A DNA stretch of 64,000 nucleotides from Candidatus Micrarchaeota archaeon (GTDB lineage Archaea > Micrarchaeota > Micrarchaeia > Anstonellales > Bilamarchaeaceae): assembly GCA_038046765.1 (NCBI GenBank), contig JBBSVN010000007.1, positions 18,102 to 82,101 on the forward strand, in the 5' to 3' direction. A program made the position numbers and the translations under genes. Shown here in pieces: positions 6,853 through 15,438 of this stretch. The notes below the pieces were generated by a model. That model worked only from the letters and a program-made list of their open reading frames with translations, had not been told where the DNA came from and ran no database searches. Position 1 is the stretch's first letter. Each line of letters starts with the position of its first letter.

Positions 6853-8016
6853 TCAATATCCCCGTTTATACAAGTGTACAACAGCAGTTGCGCCTGATCC
6901 ACCGACATTATGAGTCATTCCAATTTCAGCGTCTTTAACTTGTCTTTCTCCAGCTTCGCCACGAAGTTGCCATGCAATTTCAACAGCCTGTTTAATTCCA
7001 GTTGCACCAACCGGGTGACCACATGCTTTTAATCCGCCTGAAGTATTAACGACAACATCGCCACCATATGTGGTTTTGCCTTCGATACTTGCGTGTCCGC
7101 CTTTTCCTTTGGGGAAAAATCCTAAATCTTCAATTGCTAAAATTTCTGCAATCGTAAAACAATCATGAACTTCTAAAACATCGACATCGCTTGGTTTTAA
7201 TTTTGCTTGTTCAAATGCTTTTTTACCAGCTACTTCAGTTGCGCGTAATCTAGTTAAACTATCTCGAGAATGTAATGCAATGTTATCGCTTGCCTGGCTG
7301 CTAGCGAATATCTCAATTGGTTTTTCACAGTATTTTTTAGCAATTTCTAAAGGAGCTAAAACAACAGCTGCTGCTCCATCGGTTATTGGTGAACAATCAA
7401 AAACTTTTAATGGATCGGCAATCATTTTTGAATTCATTACTTGTTCAATTGTAATTTCTTTTTGATATTGTGCGTATTTGTTTTTAGCGCCATGTTTATG
7501 ATTTTTTACTGCAACGCTAGCCATCATTTCCTCTGTCGTTCCAAATTCTTCCATGTGTTTTTTTGCCATTAGAGCATAAAGCCCTGGAAAAGTAGCGCCT
7601 AAAAATAATTCCCATTCCTGATCTCCAGCACCACCTAAAATATCGCTAACTTCATTAACATCTAAGTCAGTCATTTTTTCTACTCCGCCAACGACAACAA
7701 TATCGTGCATGCCAGAACCAACTGCCATGTAACCTTGCCTTAAAGCTAAACTTCCGCTTGCGCAAGCTCCTTCAACTCTTGTAATTGGTTTTGGGGTTAA
7801 ACCCATGTAATCAGCTAGTAATGCTCCAATATGCTCTTGACCCACTAATCTACCTGAAGCCATTGTTCCGATAAAACCTGCGTCCAGATCCTCACCATGA
7901 ACATGCGCGTCATCTAGTGCTTTTACTCCTGCTTCAATTACTAAATCCCGAAATCCTCTTTCCCAATGTTCGCCAAATTGCGTCATTGCTGCTCCTATAA
8001 TTGCTACTTTTCGCAT
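6853..8016 (-). CDS. Thiolase (acetyl-CoA C-acetyltransferase, archaeal / SCP-x-like type)
   Basis: [16 protein letters not shown]-terminus. Active-site Cys context [13 protein letters not shown]-terminal GHPVGATG and [12 protein letters not shown]. Start set at 8016 behind GGGTG; the ORF-track start at 8067 is a TTG. Confidence 0.85.
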   Translation of the reverse strand: MRKVAIIGAAMTQFGEHWERGFRDLVIEAGVKALDDAHVHGEDLDAGFIGTMASGRLVGQEHIGALLADYMGLTPKPITRVEGACASGSLALRQGYMAVGSGMHDIVVVGGVEKMTDLDVNEVSDILGGAGDQEWELFLGATFPGLYALMAKKHMEEFGTTEEMMASVAVKNHKHGAKNKYAQYQKEITIEQVMNSKMIADPLKVFDCSPITDGAAAVVLAPLEIAKKYCEKPIEIFASSQASDNIALHSRDSLTRLRATEVAGKKAFEQAKLKPSDVDVLEVHDCFTIAEILAIEDLGFFPKGKGGHASIEGKTTYGGDVVVNTSGGLKACGHPVGATGIKQAVEIAWQLRGEAGERQVKDAEIGMTHNVGGSGATAVVHLYKRGY

Positions 8017-8194
8017 GAATATACACCCTATAAACTCTTTTCTATTGTTCTTTGGCAATGCCAGCAAACAAATTATAAGTTAAAAACTAACCTAAAGCTT
8101 ACACTAACGTTGTTAACTACGTTTTTTAAATAGCGCATATTCGTATACGTTGAATAACGAAAGACTAAAATTAGGCGAAATTAGCAGGGGATTT

Positions 8195-8881
8195 CTAAGG
8201 ATTGACCAAACTCATCATTTCAATTGAACCTGCGCGCTCCAATACAAATAAACTCAACATGGTACCAAACCCTGCTTTTATAGATAAATATCTTTGTTCT
8301 CCAAAGTTAAGGTTCAACTCATCTTGCGCATATCTTGCCGTATGAGTAGAATGCATAAAATTTCTTATTTCAAACATAATCTCCACATCTGCTGCGCCAG
8401 GGCAGATTACAAATGGATCTGAATCTGCTTTTTTATTAGGTTTAAATTCGATCATTAGATGCGTACCACCAGAATGTTGTTCTTCAATTGCAATAATCGA
8501 ATCGGGTTTGAATGTGACACCAAAAAAGTTATAAAATCCAAGACCAAAATTGGGACGAACAATAAAAACATCAGCATCAGTTGTATGCATTAATGCAGCA
8601 GTAACTAATAATTGTTGATCTGCCCTGTGTTTAGAAATAAATACCGCACCTTCATCCACACTTCCCTTATGTGTAAATGAAACGCTTCGGTCACATGACT
8701 CTAAAAGTCTTTGCATAAATGTTTTCTGCGTTCGAGGTTTACAATCAACAGATTTAATAATTCTTCTTCGTTCTCTAACTTCCAATTGTGCTATGCTCAT
8801 GAAAAACACCCATAGAATAATATAGATAAATGGAACTGTAATTTGTGTAACTATTAATGTACCCATGCGTTTAAAAAACAT
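8195..8881 (-). CDS. Hypothetical protein with N-terminal TM segment
   Basis: Long ORF with a hydrophobic N-terminus (LIVTQITVPFIYIILWVFF) and no recognisable motif. An alternative start at 8800 is possible. Confidence 0.45.
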   Translation of the reverse strand: MFFKRMGTLIVTQITVPFIYIILWVFFMSIAQLEVRERRRIIKSVDCKPRTQKTFMQRLLESCDRSVSFTHKGSVDEGAVFISKHRADQQLLVTAALMHTTDADVFIVRPNFGLGFYNFFGVTFKPDSIIAIEEQHSGGTHLMIEFKPNKKADSDPFVICPGAADVEIMFEIRNFMHSTHTARYAQDELNLNFGEQRYLSIKAGFGTMLSLFVLERAGSIEMMSLVNP

Positions 8882-9158
8882 CTTTTACGACAAATAACTG
8901 AAAAAGAGGAATTGATTCCAGCTAAAAAAGATATATTCAGTTGCTGAATATTCAGATGGTGAATATAACTATTAACCAACCCAAGCTAAGTACTGGTTTT
9001 TATCATATGGTTAAATGATAAAACAAAATGTGAACAAAAGTTTTCGATTAATATAAAGCGGAAATAGAAATTGGCAAACATTATCAATTTCTTGCGAATT
9101 TATTTTAAAATTTTTTTATACAAGCATTTAAAAAATTAGTCAAGCTAAACTTTAGAAT

Positions 9159-9575
9159 ATGCTTCCAATACAAGACTCTCTATTACGATTAATGTTAGCT
9201 ACACTAATTGGTTTTCTTATTGGTTTAACGAGAAAAAATAAACCTGCAGGGCTTCGAACATTCGCTTTAATTTCCCTAGGTTCAGCCATATTTACATTAA
9301 TTTCAATTGAAAATTTGGATTCAGATAAAAGCAGGGTAATTAGTCAGATTGTAACTGGTATTGGTTTTCTTGGTGCGGGTGTTATCTGGAAACAAGGGTT
9401 TAAACTTAGCGGATTAACAACTGCGGCCGCCATATGGGTAACTGCTGCGATAGGGGTCATGATTGGATTAGGTTTTTGGGTAGAAGCTTTAGTCGGTGCA
9501 CTGTTAACAATCATGGTCTTGTTTTCAAAAAGAATATTTGTTAAAGCAGGTTTAGAAGAAGAAGGTGGGCAGTGA
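9159..9575 (+). CDS. mgtC: MgtC/SapB family membrane protein
   Basis: LRLMLATLIGFLIGLTRKNKPAGLRTFALISLGSAIFT and GIGFLGAGVIWK match the MgtC N-terminal membrane-domain pattern. Size is 138 aa. Confidence 0.75.
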   Translation: MLPIQDSLLRLMLATLIGFLIGLTRKNKPAGLRTFALISLGSAIFTLISIENLDSDKSRVISQIVTGIGFLGAGVIWKQGFKLSGLTTAAAIWVTAAIGVMIGLGFWVEALVGALLTIMVLFSKRIFVKAGLEEEGGQ

Positions 9576-9642
9576 TTCTTTTAGTTTTTTTGTAACAAAA
9601 TTCGCAAGTCTTTAATTAACTTACGTGCTTATATACTACCTT

Positions 9643-11274
9643 ATGTCTGACCAAAAAATAAAATACATAGTCGTAGTCGGGTCAATAATGTCCGGCTTAG
9701 GCAAGGGAATAGTTACTGCTTCTATAGGAAAATTACTGCAAGCTAGAGGGTACAAGGTATCTCCCATTAAATTTGATGGTTATTTAAATGTTGATTGTGG
9801 GACAATGAATCCATTTAGACACGGAGAAGTTTTTGTACTAGATGATGGCACAGAAGTTGATATGGATTTTGGAACGTACGAGAGATTTTTGAATCAGTCA
9901 ATATCTGGAGAAAACAGTATAACTGGAGGAAAATTATTTCAAAAAATAATCGAAAAAGAAAGACGCGGAGATTACTTAGGGAGAGATGTCCAGTTTGTTC
10001 CTCATTTAACTGATGAAATAAAAAAATGGGTTCGAAACGTTGGAAAAAAGAATGACTCTGATGTTGTAATCGTAGAAGTGGGTGGAACAGTTGGGGACTT
10101 AGAAAATAGCTATTTCCTGGAAGCAATGAGGCAATTAGGAGTTGAAGAAACTGTTCTATTTGCACAGTTGACATTTTTACCTAGTTTATCTGAGGGCGAG
10201 CAAAAAACAAAACCGACCCAGCATGCAACTAGACTTTTACAAAGTATGGGTATTAATCCGGATATTATTCTATGCAGAGGCAATGAAAAACTAAGTGATG
10301 AAGCTAGAAAAAAACTCGCATTATATTGTAATGTAAAAGAAGAATTTGTTTTTGATGATCCAACTTTAAATACTATATATGAATTACCACTGCTTCTTGA
10401 AAAGCAGAATTTATACAAAGCAATTGCTGAAAAATTAAAACTAGAAGATCGAAAACCTGATTTAAAAGAATGGAAAGAAAAAGTTGACCGTATAATAAAT
10501 CCGAAAAACAGCGCAATAAAAATCGCAGTTGTTGGTAAATATACTTCAGTTAAAGACGCTTATATTAGCGTAAAAGAAGCATTAGTTCACTCTGCTGCAG
10601 AAATAGATTATGGCTTGGAAATCGAGTGGGTAGAAGCTAGCGATTTAGAAAAGATGGAGAAGGAAAAAGTTACCAAATTCCTAGGTAAATTCGATGGAAT
10701 TATTGTTCCAGGTGGATTTGGAGAGCGGGGGATTGAAGGCAAAATTATTGCAATAAATTATGCGAGACTAAATAAAATTCCTTATTTAGGTTTATGCCTA
10801 GGCTTACAACTTATGGTTATAGAGTTTGCAAGAAATGTCTGCAAGTTACAAACAGCACATTCTACTGAATTTGACAAAGTTACAAAGTATCCTGTAATTG
10901 ACTTTTTACCAGAACAAAAACAGATTGCAAAAATGGGGGCGAGTATGCGACTAGGAGCTTATTCATGCGATATTACTAATAATACGATTACAAAACAAGC
11001 GTACGATAAAAAAGAATGTTCCGAGCGTCACAGACACAGGTATGAAGTTAATCCTGATTTTGTTGATGAAATAAGTAAATTTGGGTTAGTTTTTGCCGGA
11101 TTTCATAAATCATCTAAAGGCGATGTTACTGAAATTGTCGAGTGGCCTAGTGAATACGGGTTTGGGGTTGCGACACAGGCACATATTGAACTTAAGTCTA
11201 GATTAGAAACTCCAGCTCCGATATTTGTGCAATATATGAAAGCAGCGGCTAAGAGGAAGAAGGAAGGGAAATAA
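9643..11274 (+). CDS. pyrG: CTP synthase
   Basis: KYIVVVGSIMSGLGKGI, VIVEVGGTVGDLE, and the glutamine amidotransferase motifs PYLGLCLGLQ and HRHRYEVN. Start taken at ATG 9643 rather than GTG 9625. Confidence 0.95.
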   Translation: MSDQKIKYIVVVGSIMSGLGKGIVTASIGKLLQARGYKVSPIKFDGYLNVDCGTMNPFRHGEVFVLDDGTEVDMDFGTYERFLNQSISGENSITGGKLFQKIIEKERRGDYLGRDVQFVPHLTDEIKKWVRNVGKKNDSDVVIVEVGGTVGDLENSYFLEAMRQLGVEETVLFAQLTFLPSLSEGEQKTKPTQHATRLLQSMGINPDIILCRGNEKLSDEARKKLALYCNVKEEFVFDDPTLNTIYELPLLLEKQNLYKAIAEKLKLEDRKPDLKEWKEKVDRIINPKNSAIKIAVVGKYTSVKDAYISVKEALVHSAAEIDYGLEIEWVEASDLEKMEKEKVTKFLGKFDGIIVPGGFGERGIEGKIIAINYARLNKIPYLGLCLGLQLMVIEFARNVCKLQTAHSTEFDKVTKYPVIDFLPEQKQIAKMGASMRLGAYSCDITNNTITKQAYDKKECSERHRHRYEVNPDFVDEISKFGLVFAGFHKSSKGDVTEIVEWPSEYGFGVATQAHIELKSRLETPAPIFVQYMKAAAKRKKEGK

Positions 11275-11283
11275 AAAAAGGAA

Positions 11284-11508
11284 TTATTTTTTCGGTATTA
11301 ATTTTTTAGGGTCTTTTAAATTCTCTAAGCGTTCAATTCTTTTTTCTAATTCATCTATTTTACCGGTAAGTTTTGTGTACATCCTTCCAAGATCTTTTTC
11401 AGGGGGCACATTGATTAGGATCTTCTTTTCTTTTGTGGGTTCTATTAATTTAATTATTTCGGATTTTTTATCTATTTTCGATTCTTGGTATCCCATTAGT
11501 TTCACCAA
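11284..11508 (-). CDS. Hypothetical small coiled-coil protein
   Basis: 74-aa ORF, Lys/Glu-rich, no motif. Confidence 0.35.
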   Translation of the reverse strand: MVKLMGYQESKIDKKSEIIKLIEPTKEKKILINVPPEKDLGRMYTKLTGKIDELEKRIERLENLKDPKKLIPKK

Positions 11509-11550
11509 ATAAACTTCGAAGAATATATATGTACTTTTCCAATTTCATGA

Positions 11551-11596
11551 TTCTGGCAAGTTCCGGCAAGAATAAGTTTGCCAGATTCTGCCGGAA
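11551..11596. repeat. 46-nt repeat, copy 1 (four 10-bp TTCYGGCAAG-type half-sites)
   Basis: TTCTGGCAAGTTCCGGCAAGAATAAGTTTGCCAGATTCTGCCGGAA. Matches 12910-12955 at 45 of 46 positions. Confidence 0.9.
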
Positions 11597-11629
11597 AGGA
11601 ATAAAAACCTTTTTATTCAATAAAAATAT

Positions 11630-12901
11630 ATGGAAAACGAAAAAGTTGAATATAAAAAAAGCCTTGCAACTATTGATGAGATTTTGCAGAGTGTTACTGC
11701 TTTTGCGAATACTTTTGGAGGGGAGGTATACGTTGGTATAAATGATGATGGCAGTACCGCAGGAGTTAGTATTGGTAAGAATACTATTGAAAACCTTACA
11801 AAAGATATTTCAAGAGATATCGACCCAAAAATAAATATCTCAATAAAACTTTTAGAAAAAGAAGATAAGAAAATAATTTTAATTAGTGTTCCCTCGAGTA
11901 GTATGAAACCACATTTTTTTAGGGGAGTTGCCTATCAACGACTCGGTAAAAGCAATGTTAAGCTTTCATCGCGTCAGCTTGAGGATATGATCATAAAAAG
12001 GGCATTATCACTGCATGATGTCGATAGTCTAAATCTTAATATAAAAATGTCTGATTTAAGGGATGATTTGGTAAAAGAGTACGTTAAGGAAATAGGAAAA
12101 AAATATCAAAATCTTGCTAATACAATAAGGACTTTGGGTTTGGGTGAGGAAGAACAAATACTTCCATCAGCAGTTTTATTTTTTGGTCAAAACCCCAAAA
12201 TGTTCTTTCCACTTTATGGGGTCAAATGTGCCATATTTAAAGAAAATGATATGCTTGCCATAAGGGATTTTTCCGATCCGATTTATTCAATGTTAAATCA
12301 GGTAATATTGTTCATAAAACAAAGCATTCCTTCATCAATAAAATTTGAGGGAATAAAAAGGGTTGATGAATCTGCAATTCCAGATGTTGTCATACGTGAG
12401 GCTTTGATAAATGCGCTTATTAATGCAGATTATACTCTTGATGCGACTATATACATAAAGATTACGCAGGATGTTATTGAAATAAAAAATGCAGGCGTAC
12501 TTCCATCTCCACTTACTCTTGATGAACTGGAAAAACCCCACATTTCAAAACCTAGAAATAGAAGAATAGCTGGCTTGTGCCACGAAATCAAATGGATAGA
12601 ACATTGGGGGGAAGGTACGCTAAAAATATTTAAAGAAATGAGAAGACGTGGGCTCGGTGTGGAGTTTAGTGAGTTTAATGGTTATTTTTCCGTAACGTTA
12701 CACACAAAAGAACTACCGTTAACCGATAGGCAGAATATTCTATTCAAATTTGTCCAAGATAAGAAAAGAGCTACTGTCAAGGAACTCTCTTCATTAGGTA
12801 TTCCAGCAAGAACAATTCGTTTAGAATTAGCTTCCCTGTCAAAAAGGGGTCTTATAAAAAAATCTGGGAAAGGTAAGTTAACATACTACCAAACCGAGTA
12901 A
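11630..12901 (+). CDS. COG2865-type protein: AlbA_2 (Schlafen-like) N-domain plus ATPase-like middle region plus C-terminal wHTH
   Basis: N-terminus EKVEYKKSL..ILQSVTAFANTFGGEVYVGINDDGSTAGV is the AlbA_2 signature. The middle region has REALINALINADY. The C-terminus is HTH-like (KRATVKELSSLGIPARTIRLELASLSKRGLI). Confidence 0.7.
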   Translation: MENEKVEYKKSLATIDEILQSVTAFANTFGGEVYVGINDDGSTAGVSIGKNTIENLTKDISRDIDPKINISIKLLEKEDKKIILISVPSSSMKPHFFRGVAYQRLGKSNVKLSSRQLEDMIIKRALSLHDVDSLNLNIKMSDLRDDLVKEYVKEIGKKYQNLANTIRTLGLGEEEQILPSAVLFFGQNPKMFFPLYGVKCAIFKENDMLAIRDFSDPIYSMLNQVILFIKQSIPSSIKFEGIKRVDESAIPDVVIREALINALINADYTLDATIYIKITQDVIEIKNAGVLPSPLTLDELEKPHISKPRNRRIAGLCHEIKWIEHWGEGTLKIFKEMRRRGLGVEFSEFNGYFSVTLHTKELPLTDRQNILFKFVQDKKRATVKELSSLGIPARTIRLELASLSKRGLIKKSGKGKLTYYQTE

Positions 12902-12909
12902 AAAAATCA

Positions 12910-12955
12910 TTCTGGCAAGTTCCGGCAAGAATAAGTTTGCCAGAATCTGCCGGAA
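12910..12955. repeat. 46-nt repeat, copy 2
   Basis: TTCTGGCAAGTTCCGGCAAGAATAAGTTTGCCAGAATCTGCCGGAA, starting 9 nt after the stop codon of the AlbA_2 gene. Confidence 0.9.
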
Positions 12956-13044
12956 CGAGATTTAACACGAAAAATCGAAATTATATTGATGCAAAACTGC
13001 ACTAAAAAGGCTTAATTTGGTGCAGAGGTGCAGCATAAAACCGC

Positions 13045-14025
13045 TTATAGATTAGGCACATAACTTGTTTTATAGTTTTTAATTAATGAATAATATTTGT
13101 AATCCTTAATATCATTTGGGAATTTTGCTTTAAAACTTTCTATAAGTTGAGTGAATTTTTCAAAATTTTCTATTTCGACATCAAATTCTAAATCACTGGA
13201 AACAAGGCTTTTTTCAGTGTAAACAACATTAGAATGCGAAATTATATGCTGTCTTACATTTTCTGCATTTTTAAATTCTTTAAAAAACAAATCAACTTTG
13301 TAATATTGTTTGCCTAGTTTGTTTATATCAAAAATTGTTCGGAAACCTGTAATTATATTTTTCTTCAATAATTGCTTCATGTGATACCTGACAGTTACAA
13401 TACTCATGTTAATCGCTTTGGATGTTTCTACTAAAGAAGCTCTCGCATTGTTTGATAGAAAAGTAAGCAACTTATAATCTAATCCATCGAGTTTTTCTTG
13501 TTTTGATTCTGTTATTGCATTAAAAGTTAGTTTTTCCGTGTTTTTACTTCCTATTAAATAAGATCTGGAAAATTCTACATACTCTGTAAACACTGATAAA
13601 TGATAACTAGAAAAATATTCTCCAAATTTGATTTTAAATTCAGTCCAAAATTCCTGGTATTCCCAGATACTTTTTGCGAAGACACCCAAAGCAAGATGGT
13701 ATTCCCCGTTTATTCGGTAAAATACGCCAACATTTTTCTTATTTTTTAGATAATTCGTAATCTCTGCCTCTATTTTCGGGCTAGCATTTTGTAATCTTAC
13801 ATATGGTCTATAAACAGTATATCCAAGCTTGGAAAAATCAATAAGTGTGTAATATCCTTTAATTACTCCTGTTTTTTCAAGTAAATTTATCCTATACTTC
13901 ACAGTTTCTTTGGCAACTCTGATTTTTTTACCAAGTTCGCTATAACTGATTCTGGAATTTTTATCAAGTTCACAGAGGATTTTGTAATCTATTAAATCTA
14001 GTTTTTCGACTTTTTCTATTGTCAT
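13045..14025 (-). CDS. Lrp/AsnC family regulator, fused tandem (two HTH plus RAM-like units)
   Basis: Two copies of the pattern DYKIL..L..N.R.S..E..K.....TV.Y.....L.K..II.G: residues 10-60 (LIDYKILCELDKNSRISYSELGKKIRVAKETVKYRINLLEKTGVIKGY) and about 180-228 (LDYKLLTFLSNNARASLVETSKAINMSIVTVRYHMKQLLKKNIITGF). Confidence 0.75.
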   Translation of the reverse strand: MTIEKVEKLDLIDYKILCELDKNSRISYSELGKKIRVAKETVKYRINLLEKTGVIKGYYTLIDFSKLGYTVYRPYVRLQNASPKIEAEITNYLKNKKNVGVFYRINGEYHLALGVFAKSIWEYQEFWTEFKIKFGEYFSSYHLSVFTEYVEFSRSYLIGSKNTEKLTFNAITESKQEKLDGLDYKLLTFLSNNARASLVETSKAINMSIVTVRYHMKQLLKKNIITGFRTIFDINKLGKQYYKVDLFFKEFKNAENVRQHIISHSNVVYTEKSLVSSDLEFDVEIENFEKFTQLIESFKAKFPNDIKDYKYYSLIKNYKTSYVPNL

Positions 14026-14146
14026 ATTTACTATTTATTATAAAATTAATTAAAAAGCTTTCTCTTTTTGTAAAAAGTTAATAAAAATATTAATATATAA
14101 GTTAATTCATTAGATAACACAGAAAGAAACTATTAAGGTGAAAAAT

Positions 14147-14605
14147 ATGAAATTACTATGTTTTCATGCAAAAGAATTTAGGGCAAAAGTTTTTGATAAT
14201 AAAACTGTTGGTCAGCAAAGGCGAGCCGAAGCAAGGTTAAGAAAAAGATTAACAGGTGTACTACCTAAACTGGAAGAAAATCGGAGAGAAGTAAAGCTTG
14301 AAAATACCATCGTTTCTTTAGTTTGTGTTGAAAAGTCCGACCCTTCACCAAGGATTTGGGATGCACGTGATTTTATCCTGCACGTTAAAGAAAATGTAGG
14401 TGCTAGTAGCGTTGTTATCGTACCATTTGGCCATCTAAGTGCTGAGCCTGCAATTCCAATAATGGCAAAAGAAATTATTCATCTTTTGCTAAAGTTTGTA
14501 AGGGATATTGAACCAAGCGCTGTTGATGTAATTTTTGGGTATGACAAATCGTTATTACTAGATGTTCCATGCCACCCATTCAATGCACGCTTCGCTTCTT
14601 TTTAA
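14147..14605 (+). CDS. Stand-alone archaeal ThrRS editing-domain protein (tRNA-Thr_ED / DTD-like fold)
   Basis: MKLLCFHAKEFRAKV, IVSLVCVEKSD, VVIVPFGHLSAEPAIPIMAKEI and FGYDKSLLLDVPCHPFN parallel the N-terminal editing domain of archaeal ThrRS (MRVLLIHSDYIEYEV..., YPFAHLSSELAKP..., PFGYYKAFKISCKGHP). SD AAGGTG lies 7 nt upstream of ATG 14147. Confidence 0.7.
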   Translation: MKLLCFHAKEFRAKVFDNKTVGQQRRAEARLRKRLTGVLPKLEENRREVKLENTIVSLVCVEKSDPSPRIWDARDFILHVKENVGASSVVIVPFGHLSAEPAIPIMAKEIIHLLLKFVRDIEPSAVDVIFGYDKSLLLDVPCHPFNARFASF

Positions 14606-14609
14606 TTTT

Positions 14610-14972
14610 TTATTTTTGCATTTTCGGCTTCATTTCCTTTAGTACAAGTTTTGTTAATTCTACATCTCCACCTGATATCCATGTAGTTCCCTTATCCTTT
14701 GCAAATTCTTTTGCGATTTGTTCAACTGTTTTATTATATCCTTTCTTGGCTTCAGATGAATACGGGTTGTCAGAGTTACCGAATTTCCCGTTTGCAAACT
14801 TTTGATTTAGTTCATGAATTCTTGTTAAAAATCCCTCGGCTTTTTTGTTGTTTCCTGTAATATTTGTTACCTTTTGCATAAATTCGCTACTAAGGTTGTA
14901 AATCTTCATTATTTCTTGAACTTTTTGAGCTTCTTTTGGATCTTTGGCATAAGCTTCAACCATTAAAATCAC
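14610..14972 (-). CDS. Hypothetical protein
   Basis: 120-aa ORF, helical and Lys-rich, no motif. Confidence 0.4.
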   Translation of the reverse strand: MILMVEAYAKDPKEAQKVQEIMKIYNLSSEFMQKVTNITGNNKKAEGFLTRIHELNQKFANGKFGNSDNPYSSEAKKGYNKTVEQIAKEFAKDKGTTWISGGDVELTKLVLKEMKPKMQK

Positions 14973-15078
14973 CTACTTGTACAAACCAGCTAAAATATAA
15001 AAATCCAGTGAATGCGTTCATTACCAAAACTGGTGGGATATGCAAACCTAAATAATTCCTATTAATAATAATTAATTT

Positions 15079-15438
15079 ATGGTACATAAAAGGATATTTC
15101 CTTTGCATAGGCTTAGGACACTAAGATCTGATGCTAGTCCGGTCAATAAGTTACATGAGCCTAAACTAGATGTTTTACCTAAACATTCAATTAGTTTATT
15201 TCTTGAGCAAACAGAACTTGGAATATCGGGGGAATGTTTAGACCATACTGTTATCTGGCACCCTATGCGAGGGTTTGAAATATACTACGAAAACTTTGAT
15301 AAAATTTCTGTTTTAAGACAAACTGATATCATAAAAATGTTCAAACAGGATATTAAAGAAGCCTGTACCAAAAATCTATCCCTTAAGGAATTAATACTAA
15401 AATATTCGCATATCTTTGAATTTGATTCAATCATCTAA
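15079..15438 (+). CDS. Hypothetical protein
   Basis: 119-aa ORF, convergent with ftsY, no motif. Confidence 0.3.
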   Translation: MVHKRIFPLHRLRTLRSDASPVNKLHEPKLDVLPKHSISLFLEQTELGISGECLDHTVIWHPMRGFEIYYENFDKISVLRQTDIIKMFKQDIKEACTKNLSLKELILKYSHIFEFDSII

